NCBI RefSeq assembly: GCF_006345805.1
Contig: NC_043017.1
Location: 23,870,001 to 23,934,000, forward strand
Direction of reading: 5' to 3'
DNA: 64,000 bases
Source of the DNA: Octopus sinensis
Lineage: Eukaryota
Shown one piece after another: positions 52,640 through 64,000 of this stretch. Position 1 is the first letter of the stretch, and each line of letters begins with the position of its first letter. A model generated the notes under the pieces. That model ran no database searches. It was not told where the DNA came from and saw only the letters and a list, made by a program, of their open reading frames with translations. Made by a program: the position numbers and the translations under genes.

Positions 52640-53850
52640 TCTCAAAGAGGGAACCATCGACTGCAACTTCCTGACTCCTACCATTTTAAAGGCCATGCAG
52701 TAACTCACCTAGTTTTCCAATTATGCTGACGTTACTTTGTTTGTGACATAGCATTCCATGACCAACTTTGGCCTTAGCAAAGTCAAGACATATGCACATT
52801 TAAATGATTGAGCTACTACTGATTCAGTACCCAGCTGCAATACTGAAGTATCCATGTGAAGCAGCTCTTTCCTGGATGGTGGCCATGTTGCATGTCAGTG
52901 AACAAGCTATATTTTTTTTCTTGGAATATGATCAGCTTCCTTCTGACAATGTGTTCCATGACTTTGCTGATGTATGAGATCAGAGAGATAGGCTTGTAAT
53001 TTTTAGAATCTGTTCTGCTTCCTCCTTTGTAAGTAGGGCATACTACACCTTATTTTAATTTCTTGGGAAGTTTGCAATATGCAAGGAAGCTCTGGAAAAC
53101 TATCAACAAAGATTTTGTCAAAGCCTTCTTGCATTGTTTTAAAAGAATTGCTGGAAAACCATCAGGGCTTCTTGTTGAGTTCAAGCTCATCTCATCAATG
53201 GCTAATATCACATTCTCCTCTTTTGTCATTATAATCAATAATTACCTCTTCACTGTGGTGTTCAATAACTCATAAGGTTAATTCATTTGAATATCTTCCA
53301 GTAAAGCAAGTGAAAACACTTTGGAATTGTTTATTTAGTATTTCCCTTATCTTTTTGAAATCTGCCATCAGTGACATATTTTCTTCAATCTTGTAACACA
53401 CCAAGGTGTACACTTTAGCAAATTTGAGCCCTCTAGGCTTCTTTTCATATTTTTAACTGCCCAGGATTCTCTTTCTTCCCTCTCCTTTATAGGGGAGAGT
53501 CTTAGTTTGTTTTTGATCACTGAAAGCCTTTTTTTAACGAGACTTCTTGCTGTCATTAAGTTGTTTATTTAAGCAATTTGAGATCTTGTCCCAAAATTAA
53601 TCTCCTGCTTCAGTGTGCTTTTTTTGTGCATCATTGACATACATTCTTTAAGTTTCACATCATTGTTTTGTAGAGAGAAATTTGGGGACTAATTTTGTTT
53701 CTGGATCTCTTTTGAACAGAATTCAGGTCAGCTTTGTAGAAATTCAGGCTGGATAGGGTTCGAGTGCTTCCTCTATGGTATACATCATTGATTTACTTTG
53801 GATTTGGTAGTACTACTATGTTATAATCTGAAAAAAGCATTGGTATCACC
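52640..53850 (-). mobile_element. Decayed CR1/L2-group LINE RT fragment
   Basis: SPDGFPAILLKQCKK...YKGGSRTDSKNYKPISLISYISKVMEHIVRRKL...QHG..GKSC, with stops and frameshifts. Confidence 0.8.
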
Positions 53851-55689
53851 TTCACATTGTGGTAGATATATATATGCATACATGACCATATATAAGAGAC
53901 TTCTTTGGACCACCTTCATCCCTACCATACACACTCACACAATATACTGTAATTGAGAGTGCTGGCTGGTTGTAAAGCAGAAGAAGCTCTGTTGTACTAT
54001 CAGCCAGTACTCGTTCCTGTGGGTCACTTCTATTGTTATCCAACACCTATTCTTGCCTTTATCTTATTACCTACTCTTACATTTATTCAGCACTTGACTG
54101 TGATAAATGGCAAACTCAAGCAAAAAACAAAAAACAAAAAAAAACGACTAGTATGGAGAAAGTTTATGAAGTCATGCCAAAGCCATGAACAATCAAAGTT
54201 GCAATGACTGACTGCAGATCACTCGTCAATCACTCCTCAACCAACTCCACAGCCTAATATCCCTTTGCTTCTTCCACCCAGTCACCCATTCTAGCCCTTC
54301 TGATATTTTGCTCCCTCTCTCTCCACTACCCCCCCTAGGTTACCTGAGAAAATGTACATACTGCTGAGTACTCTCTACACATATACTCCTATCCTCCCAA
54401 ATACCTTGTAGTTGTTTAGTCCTAGGTCACTACTAGCTGACCAAGTCTATGACCAAAAACATTTTGGCCTGGGCAATCTTATTTTTTATAAACCAGAGAT
54501 TACTTCGGTTAAACTTTTCTTTGTGTGTGTTTGTGCATGTGCATGTGCTGTAATATGGAATTTGAGGTAGCTCTAGCAGCTATTTCTAGCAGGTCAAGTA
54601 ACCACATAAAACTTCCTTTATGGGCTTGAGTAAAATTTTGTAAACCAATTAACTAAAATTTATCTAATCGGTCATTTTAACATCCAACACTGAGATTAAA
54701 TAGGATTTTCATTACTTTTTTGTTTCAATTGTATTGTTTTAATCTTTATAAATATGTTTTATCCTCTTCCATTAAAGTATGTTTTCTATTCCTGTTACTA
54801 GTGACATAGTTTAGATATGTATTATATAGTTCATATCAACTATAGATATTTTTTTATTTTGTTTGCTTTTGATTTTACTTTTACTGTGATTAACAGCAAC
54901 CTTCTGAAACTACTGGACTTGTGCCAAGTCTAAAAATAACACTGCAAAACTATTAATCTTATCAACATATGACATAATCATATTCTCAAGATTCATCTCA
55001 GATTTTCTGAAGGTTTATAGCTGTTATTGTATATCATATAAACTTAGCATGAATCTTTAGAAATAGGTGAAATTCCTGATGCTTCCCAATTATAAAAGAG
55101 AGATACAAAAGATAAATATATATGTATAGATAAACATACACATAAAACACACACATACATTTACAATAATTTAAAGGACAAGTCATTACTTTCTCTTTCT
55201 GATGCAAGTTTCTTTGTGTTATAATATACAATTTAATTTACATATTTGAAACTGTTACAACTCTATTCTATATAAAACTTGAATACCAAAGATAGTTAAG
55301 TCAATAGCCTACTTTCCTACTGGCAAGAATTCTGACCATTTGTCTCCTATTCTACTGCGCTTGAGAAAGACACTACACTATTCCAAGGTTTCTCTGTATA
55401 TGCATATATCCTTCTCTGTCTACTTGTCCGAATAAGTATGTGAATGATTATGCTTTCCTGAGATGGTCCAATATGATTGAAATATGCCTGGAGTTGTCTT
55501 CCTTTATCTGCCAAAGATGAGGCTGCTATTCTTTCATTTCATTACTAATTTACAATTTTCTAATTAATTGGAACTGGTGCAATAACTTACTTGAAAAAAA
55601 AAAAAAAAAAACTGCTTTTGATCCTTAGGTGTTGCTCTTGCTTTTGAATTTGTTTGTTTGATTTGGTTGGTTAACAGATTAAGCATTAT

Positions 55690-57000
55690 TCACTGGTACT
55701 TAATTTATTGACCCCAAAAGGGTGGTCTGCAAAGTCGAACTCAGCGGATATTTGAACTCAGAACATAAGGATAGACGAAATGTCACTAAGCATATTGCTC
55801 AGCATCCAAATAATTCTGTCAGTTCACCACAATGATAATAATAATAATAATAATAATGATGATGATGATGACTTCTTTAAAGTGACAGCATGTTGTCAAC
55901 TTCATGTGACAGTCCCATAAAAGGGAAGAATGCTACTGTTATTTAGCCTTAGGACACACCATTTCCTGTTGGACTTGACACATTTGCTGTGCCCTTATGT
56001 TCTAAAGTGGAGACAAGCACCTCCACCCAGCAAAACCAGCACCCAAAGACTAGTTTCAGAGTCATTGCTCATCATCATTATTAATGCTCATCATTAAGTT
56101 GACAACATGCTATCACTTTATCGTGCTGCTACTGCGTAAATCTCTCTGAGAGATTTAGAAATATTTAGATGATTTCTTTATTGACCAACAATACATAAGT
56201 ACTAAATCTTATGATTTGTGGAAAGAGACCTTGTGAGACCCTCAACAACAGAATGCTGTCCTCTCTGACAGAATTAACTAGAGCACGTAAGACAGAGAGC
56301 TCTGAGAAATAAAATATAATGACAATAACAACAACAAGAGTTTCAAACTTTTGTACAAGGCAAACAGTTTTGAGGGGAGAGGGCAGGCTGATTGTATTGA
56401 CCCCAGTACCTGACAGGTACTTTATCAAACTCAAAAGGACGAATGGCAAAGTTGAGTCCAGCAAGTTTTGAAGCTAGAGTACAAAAGTTAGATCAAATAC
56501 TGCAAGGCATTTTTTCCAGTGTTCTAATGATTCTGCCACTTCCTCACCATCACCACCACAATAATAATCATGATAATAATCCTTTCTACTGTAGGCACAA
56601 GGCCTGAAATTTTGCGGGAGGAGGATTGTCAATTCCATCAACTCCAGTGCTCAACTGGTAATTATTTCATTGATCCTGAAAGGATGAAAAGCAAAGTCAA
56701 CCTTGGTGACATTTGAACTCAGAACCTGAAGCACCAGCAGAAATACTGTTAAACACTTGGTCTGGTGTAGTAACGGCCAGTTCATCATAATAATAAGAAG
56801 AAGAAGAACATAATGATAATAATAATAATAATAATAATCCTTTCTACTATAGGCACAAAGCCTGAAGTTTTGTGAGAGAGGGCTAATTGATTACATCAAC
56901 CCCAGTACTTATTTCATTGACTCCGAAAGGATGAAAGGTAAACACGATCTTGGCAGAATTTGAACTCAGAACATAAGGACAGATAAAATGCCACTAAGCT
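55690..57000 (-). mobile_element. Cluster of four same-orientation SINE family 2 copies, three head-to-tail with (AAT)n spacers
   Basis: Copies at about 55690-55830, 56340-56550, 56580-56790 and 56838-57000. Confidence 0.75.
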
Positions 57001-57039
57001 TTGATAACAATAATAATAATAATCTTATTTAAGACAAGA

Positions 57040-58000
57040 ACAATAGACAAAAAGACATTATATAGAAAATGGGTAAGTTTATATAATAACGAAATGGGAA
57101 ATGAAAAAGAAAATGGAAATAAAAAGGAAGTATACAAATTTTTAAAATAGAATAGGACCATCAGCTAAGAACAATCAAGGAACTTCTCAGATCCTGGGTT
57201 ACACTAACTACCTATAGTAAGTACCCTCTCCCAGTTGCCATTCTCCAACCTACAAGTATCTTCTGAAAGGAACACCATTCACCCAAGCCATGTTCACAAC
57301 TCTCACCCACCATTCAACAAATTAATTGAGAACCTCTCCAAATGAATCTTGAAAATGTCAATAAGGGCTTGCATAAAAAGGGAAGTGTTTGTCTTTGGTC
57401 ATTTGTCATGTCCACCACACAAGCTCTTTTACCACAGCTACCATAAAGAGAACTGCTACTTCTTGACCTAAGGAAGGCAGTAGGGTAATCTTTACAATGG
57501 ATTTAACAAGGAGCTGGATCCATACTATACACAACAACAGCTACTCAACAAAAGTCCACAAGTCAACAATACTTGGGCACCAAATGAGTGTATGCAAAGG
57601 TGGTTTCATTGCTATGCATGTACCTTAAACAGGCCCTGTTAAAGGCATTTCCATACTTGTAAAGTTTGTCTTAAATCAGTAATACCCCTGACAGCACTGC
57701 ATTGCAAAAGATTTCTTTAAATTATTTATAGTTACCAATCTGAAAGTCTTCCAGAATAGACCAGCCAGTCAGTTCTTATCAGTGCCTAAAGTTTACCCAA
57801 GAACAATATTGCTCTTACTCATTAATAGTTCTTTATAGAATGCTTACATGCAGGTTTCACTAACTACATTGCCCAACCGATTGAGAACTGTGAGTACCTG
57901 GAAATATTCAAGATGTCAGGTACCCAATCTTAGACTTCTCTTGACTGAGGACTGCACATCCAAAGAGATGTGCTCTGAAGAAACTTATCTGACAAAAGAC
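57040..58000 (-). mobile_element. L1/Tx1-clade LINE 3' portion
   Basis: Minus-strand HTLIWCPSIVDLWTFVE*LL, homologous to the 22270-22965 fragment. Confidence 0.65.
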
Positions 58001-59429
58001 AACTACATCTGCTCACCAAACAAGTATCTTTGTAACTATTGCAGCCTCATTGAATGTCAACCAGCATCAACCACAAGACACAACAATTTATATTTCTATG
58101 ATGAAGCATTTGGAAAGATTTGCAATGCATTATCTTTCTAAATATCTGAAACTTGTGCCTCACTAAAATCACAATATTTGATAATCCCCTCTTCCATCTC
58201 GAGGGCATCATCAGGATTCACTAAAAATTTCAATTTCATACAGGAAGATAAAGCAAAATAACTATGTGTTGATGTTCCATAATATGAAATGCAGATGAAA
58301 GTATTTTTAGAATGTCAACGTCAAGTGGAACCTATCCTTCCTATAAATATAATCTGCAATACAGAATATAATGGATCCAGCCAAGAACTGAAAAAATAGG
58401 TTTCAAACTCAGAATGGCAATATACTCTCATTGAGCTATGCTGCTCATGGCTCACAGTCTTCAGTGACTTTTTTCTTTGATTTTTTTCTTGAAATGTCTA
58501 AAATAATATAGTCTATAGATATATAAACATTACAGCTGTTGTTTGTTGGCATGTTCAGGAGAATTCAGTTGAGGATGATGCTTTCATGTTCAAATATAGA
58601 TAAATAATAAAAACAATATATATATATTGTGAGTAATTTAGGCAGTGAAAAAAATAAAAGATGAGAGTGAGCAAGGAAATGAGGAAGTAGATGAAAGAGA
58701 AAATGAGAGAATAAAGGAGAATTGAAAAAGAAGGAAAATGAAAAGGAGACAGAAGTTAAAAGATGAAGTATGAAATGTAAGCAAAAATAAAACCAAGACA
58801 ATGAAAAAGGAGAGAGAGAAAAGAGAAGGTGAGAGAGAAGAGATAGAGTCAGAGAGAGAATGAAATGTGGTGATAATGACTCTTTTTACAGCAGACTGAT
58901 ATCGTAGCACAGTAAGTAAATTGGTTAAATGGTCTGGAAAATCATACATATTTTCACAAATGCATATCTCTTTACATGTGTCAAAATAAACAACAAAAAC
59001 AATAACAAGAACAGTCTCAACACAAATGGTTTGTTGAAAGAGGTAAAAATATCTCATTGTCTTGATGACAATGGCAATGTTGATGTGGTTGGGAGTAGTC
59101 AAATCAATTATGACAGTATTTAATGAGAGATAATGACACTCAAGACAACATAAGTGATATTGATGGTGATGTTGAAATGTTAGAATTAGATAAAGAAAGT
59201 AATGGCTATAACTCTGAGTATAATAGAAGTGGTGGTGGTCTGGTGATCACGGTGGTTAAGAGCAGGTGGGGGATAATCAGTAGAATTGATAATGTTGTTG
59301 AGAGTATTAGTAATAATCTCAGTGTGAATGATATAAACAAGTGTAGTTTTAGTTATAGTGATGATGATAGTTACAATGTTGTTGTTGGTGGAACAACATA
59401 TGTAAAGTAGGAGTTAATCCTTTTGACAC

Positions 59430-60030
59430 CAACCTGCCCAAGACTGCCCCTGATTCCATGATACAAAGTTCCTATTTTAAAATTATCTAAAAACCTTTTG
59501 ATCAGAAATTCCATGCTATTTAAGTTCCAAACACCTGCTTCATTTCTAAAGCTGAGTGAACTGAGCAGTGTGAAATAAAGTGTCTTGCTCAAGAACACAA
59601 CACACAGCCCAGTCCGGGAATTGAACTTGCACTGGCACCAAACCTTTGGCTTTCCCTTGTATAACATCAGTAGCATGGAGAGGGAAGGATGGTATGCATG
59701 GGTGACTGCTGGTCTTCCATAAACAACCTGCCCAGACTGCCCCTGATTCCATGATACAAAGTTCCTATTTTAAAATTATCTAAAAACCTTTTGATCAGAA
59801 ATTCCATGCTATTTAAGTTCCAAACACCTGCTTCATTTCTAAAGCTGAGTGAACTGAGCAGTGTGAAATAAAGTGTCTTGCTCAAAAACACAACACAGCC
59901 CAGTCCGGGAATTGAACTTGCACTGGCACCAAACCTTTGGCTTTCCCTTGTATAACATCAGTAGCATGGAGAGGGAAGGATGGTATGCATGGGTGACTGC
60001 TGGTCTTCCATAAACAACCTTGCCCAGACT
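59430..60030. repeat. Tandem duplication, ~293-bp unit, two copies plus the start of a third
   Basis: Units start at 59430, 59724 and 60015 and differ by small indels and one substitution. They contain a family 3 SINE fragment. Confidence 0.95.
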
Positions 60031-60910
60031 TGTGCCTGAAGGGTAACTTTTTAGGTGCAATTCCATGGTCATTCATGACTGAAGGGGTCTTTACTCTATT
60101 TACCTGCTTCATAGTAAAGTTATTTTCCTAAATTTTTCATTGTTTTCAAAATTACTTGAAATAAAAGCAATATATTGTTAGCAATATAAAGCTAACAACA
60201 GATTTAAAAAAGAGACAATGAAAATAAGATCAGGAAAACAAATATGTTAAATACGACATCTGAGTTGCTGCAGTGTTTAAAAATGCTGAAAATGATACCT
60301 GTTACTGAATAAGTTTAGAGACTATGAACCTGAGCATGACTTGAGCCATAAAAGTATAGAGATTTTCATCCCACTGGAGTCATTAATGCAAATTATGAGA
60401 GGGCATACAAAACAAAAATGGAGGTGCAGTTTGCTTGAAAAATAGCAAATAGATTGGAAGTATATGGAGGACCGAGATTGATTAAACCTCAACTTTTTTT
60501 TAACCATTTTGTGCCATACTCTTCATCAGTCCATCCATGCCTACCATGTTCTTTGGTTTCTTTGGACAGTTTTTGCAATATGCTAGATAAGTTATTAGCC
60601 CCTTGCCCAATACACCTTTGTTCCTTGGAAAAAAAGAAACTTTGTGAGTGGTCCTGTCACAATTCCTCACAGAATAGCAAAGCTGATTCTGTGTGCATGT
60701 GCGTGTGTGTGTGAGAGAGAGACAGACAGACAGACAGAAAATCAAACTTAGTACTTGACTAGTGCTTTATTCATCAATCACTAAAGAATAGTGAAGTTGA
60801 CTTTAGTGGGATCTTAGAATGCAAAACCCAGAATAATTACCATGAGGTTTTTCTCCATTGCTCTAATGATTCTACAAATTAACAGCCAATAAGCCTCTAC
60901 ATGCTTAGTC

Positions 60911-61138
60911 ATCATCATCATCATCATCATTTAGCGTCCGTTTTCTATGCTAGCATGGGTTGGACGGTTCTACTGGGGTCTGTGAAGCCAGAAGGCTTCA
61001 TCAGGCCCAGTCAAATCTGGCAGTGTTTCTACGGCTGGATGCCCTTCCTAACGCCAACCACTCCGTGAGTGTAGTGGGTGCTTTTTACGTGCCACCCGCA
61101 CTGGTGCCAGACAGAGCTGGCAAACGGCCACGAACGGA
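60911..61138 (-). mobile_element. RTE 3' end with (GAT)n tail, minus strand
   Basis: Reverse complement of the 26070-26320 type sequence. Confidence 0.85.
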
Positions 61139-62067
61139 TAAAGAATACGCACAGATCATGAATGGCTAAAAGTTAAGTGAATCGTCCAACCTCGCTACGA
61201 CTACCTTCTTTCTTGCACTTATCCTTATTCTTTCTCTATTCTTCAATTTCCATCTCATTGTATTGTCCCTCATTCTTTCAGTATTCCCTCATTACCCTGT
61301 CTAGCTCAAACATTTTTTTTTTTCGTTTAGACTTGTCTCCAGGTTCATAGCCACTCTGATTTTTCAATTTTTCAATTTTTCGTTTAGTATTGTCTCCCGA
61401 TTCATACAAACCCATTTGCTAGCTCACGATTAACAGAACCTCTTTACTCAGCTACGGTGTATATTAGCTATCAATAATGATATTCCCTCTGATTTTTCTG
61501 ATTTTCAAACCTATTTATCTAATGTTTATTTATCGACAATGCCGTCCCCAGTCAAATTCCCTCACACCGCTTATTGTCACGTGTCCCTTGACCTCTCTCT
61601 CTAACTAACCCTATCTCTCTCTCGCTATGTCCCCCCTTCCCATAACCATCATCGCCATGGTCCTCTATGCCCCCCTCCCCAAACCATCATCGCCATACAT
61701 AAAAGAGCGATCGCATTTATCGTTAACCCCACTCGCTTCAAAATATCTAAAGAATACGCACAGATCATGAATGGCTAAAAGTTAAGTGAATCGTCCAACC
61801 TCGCTACGACTACCTTCTTTCTTGCACTTATCCTTATTCTTTCTCTATTCTTCAATTTCCATCTCATTGTATTGTCCCTCATTCTTTCAGTATTCCCTCA
61901 TTACCCTGTCTAGCTCAAACATTTTTTTTTTCGTTTAGACTTGTCTCCAGGTCCATAGCCACTCTGATTTTTCAATTTTTCAATTTTTCGTTTAGTATTG
62001 TCTCCCGATTCATACAAACCCATTTGCTAGCTCACGATTAACAGAACCTCTTTACTCAGCTACGGTG
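61139..62067. repeat. 320-bp near-identical direct repeats (61139-61459, 61748-62067) around a 288-bp spacer
   Basis: The copies differ by one T in a homopolymer and one T/C substitution. Confidence 0.95.
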
Positions 62068-64000
62068 CACCCGCCCTCCCACCCCCACCACGCATGCCGG
62101 AAGTTCCTATTCTCTTCCATCCCGGGGTTGCTTCCCATGAAGACTGCAAATGCTCTCACCATCCATACCCCTCCCTACCCCTAGTCTCGACCTATGTAAG
62201 GTAATGTTCATACAGTGCAAAATATGAAAGGCTAGCGTTATGCAGGTTGTACTGAAGGCTACTTTACTACTTCATTTCTTGCACATGAATTCTGCCAAAT
62301 GCGAGCTTTCTTTTCAGGTACACGAAGCTACTGTCCACCGTCCCAGGGTCTCTAGAGCCCATGCCTTCCACACCCTCAGGGTTGGCACCCTCAACGTTGG
62401 CACTCTGAAAGGTAGGTCTGGTGAGATAGTCGAGATGCTTGAACGGAGATGTGTGGATATATGTTGCATGCAAGAAATAAGGTGGAGAGGAGGATCAGCT
62501 AGGTTCCTCACAGGCAAGGAACGCAGGTACAAGATTCTCTGGGCAGGGAACACTGACGGGGTTGGTGGCGTGGGTATACTTATCGCTGAGAAATGGGTAG
62601 ATAAAGTAATTGAGGTAATCAGAGTAAGTGACAGAATACTTAAGATTAGATTAGTGCTTCATCATAGTTTAGCAACCATTATATCAGCCTATGCTCCTCA
62701 GTTGGGGCTACCCGATGGACAGAAAGACCGATTCTATGACACTCTACTGCAGACTACCTCATTGACGAACGACAGAGACCTTATCTTTGTGGCTGGTGAC
62801 TTCAATGGTCACGTTGGATGACATGCTGGGGGCTTCCATGGCGTACATGGAGGCTATGGCTATGGCTCCCGCAACGAGGAGGGAACCAGGCTGCTGGAGT
62901 TCTGCGATGCAAATAATCTTATGATTTGCAACACTAACTTCAGGAAACCTACCAGCCACCTAGTCACTTACCAATCGGGCCAACATACCAGCCAAATTGA
63001 CTACATCCTTACAAGGCAAAGGGAGAGATGGCTGCTTATAAATGCCAAAACCTTCCCAGGTGAAGAATGTACCCCACAACATAGACTGGTAGTTAGTGAC
63101 TTTAGGATCAGGACTAGGAGGACAACCAGAAGACGACAAATATGGAGAAGAAGGATCTGGAAGCTTAAAGATCCTGCAAATGGATAGAGATTTAGGGACA
63201 TATTACTTGAAGCCTCTGACGAAGTAGAAGGGGATAGAGCATCACAGGGGGTAGAAGACAGCTGGACGTTTCTAAGGGACAACCTGCTGAGAGCCACTGA
63301 CCAGATCTGTGGCTGGTGCAAAGTCCCCTCTCAACCTAGAATAACGTGGTGGTGGAACAATATTGTAGACAGGGCTATTAGAGAAAAGAGACAAGCTTGG
63401 AAGGTCTGGAAAAATGGGGGTAGCAGGGAATTGTATCAGACTGCCAAAAGAGAAGTTAGGAGACAGGTTTATTTAGCCAGAGGGGAAGCAGATAAGAAAA
63501 AATTTGCCAATGTTCTGCGCCGTGAGGACCAAAGACTGGAGGTGTTTCGTGTTGCAAGACAGTGTGTGAGAGAGAATCGTGATGTGGTAGGAGAGAAGTG
63601 TGTTCGCATGGAAGATGGTTCACTTGCGCTAAATGAGGATGCAAAGAGAGAGGTTTGGAGATGCCACTATGAAAGGTTGCTGAATGAAGAAAATGAATGG
63701 GATAAAGAGAGTCTGCCGAATGTTGACCCAACAGAGGGACCAGCTATCCGAGTTGATAGTTCTGTGGTAGCTAAGGCAATTAGAAGCATGAAGACAGGGA
63801 AAGCCCCAGGCCCATCAGGAATCACTGCAGAGATGCTCAAAATGTCTGGTAGTGTCGGCTATAGCCTAGTCACCCATATAGTTAATCAGGTGATACACAA
63901 AGGGGTCATACCCAATGACTGGTGTAGCAGTATAATAGTCAACTGCTACAAAGGTAAAGGTGATGCCCTAGATACAAATAACTACAGAGGTATCAAGCTG
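62068..64000 (+). mobile_element. Young RTE-clade LINE: 5' region, APE endonuclease and start of RT, running off the window
   Basis: One frame from 62240 to 64000: LRVGTLNVG, CMQEIRW, ISAYAPQ, VAGDFNGHVG, IDYIL, KAPGPSGITAEMLK, YKGKGD..NYRGIKL. Only two in-frame stops (TGA 62819-21, TAG 63185-87) and no frameshift. Confidence 0.95.

Noticed and set aside
59123-59410. 95-aa D/N/S/G-rich ORF
   Set aside because: Degenerate GAT/AAT/GGT trinucleotide low-complexity sequence.
105-60745. Most short ORFs in the supplied track (CV/YI/HT repeats, GFSPT/GTEPGTMW-type peptides)
   Set aside because: They are translations of microsatellites and SINE copies.
61535-61570. GCCGTCCCCAGTCAAATTCCC resembling reverse 28S rRNA
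   Set aside because: The match is short and imperfect, with no flanking rRNA similarity.
38926-64000. KCNH exon 1 (MP..GLLAPQNTFLDTI..RFDG)
   Set aside because: No matching minus-strand peptide with a phase-1 donor was found by eye. It is probably outside the window or too diverged.

Overview
AT-rich, repeat-dense eukaryotic genomic DNA. The repeat families point to an octopus or other coleoid cephalopod (inference). The only host gene I can support is a minus-strand KCNH (ether-a-go-go family, ELK/Kv12-like) K+ channel. Two PAS/PAC exons are clear (38925-38698 and 35021-34896), and a probable linker exon lies at 6184-6037. Exon 1 and the transmembrane exons were not found, so most of the window is probably intron. 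The rest is mobile DNA: three tRNA-derived SINE families, RTE, CR1, L1/Tx1 and Penelope-like retroelement fragments, Helitrons, mariner/Tc1, Tigger-like, hAT and piggyBac-like MITEs, and several long hairpins. The strongest hunt result is a minimal type I hammerhead ribozyme fold at 7363-7419. It sits in a 366-nt tandem monomer whose 5' end falls within 1 nt of the predicted cleavage site, as in retrozymes and Penelope-derived elements. Also notable are a candidate 13-nt microexon that would restore the channel reading frame and a possible spliceosomal intron in the 5' end of a young RTE LINE. Boundaries of decayed repeats are approximate. All alignments were done by eye.
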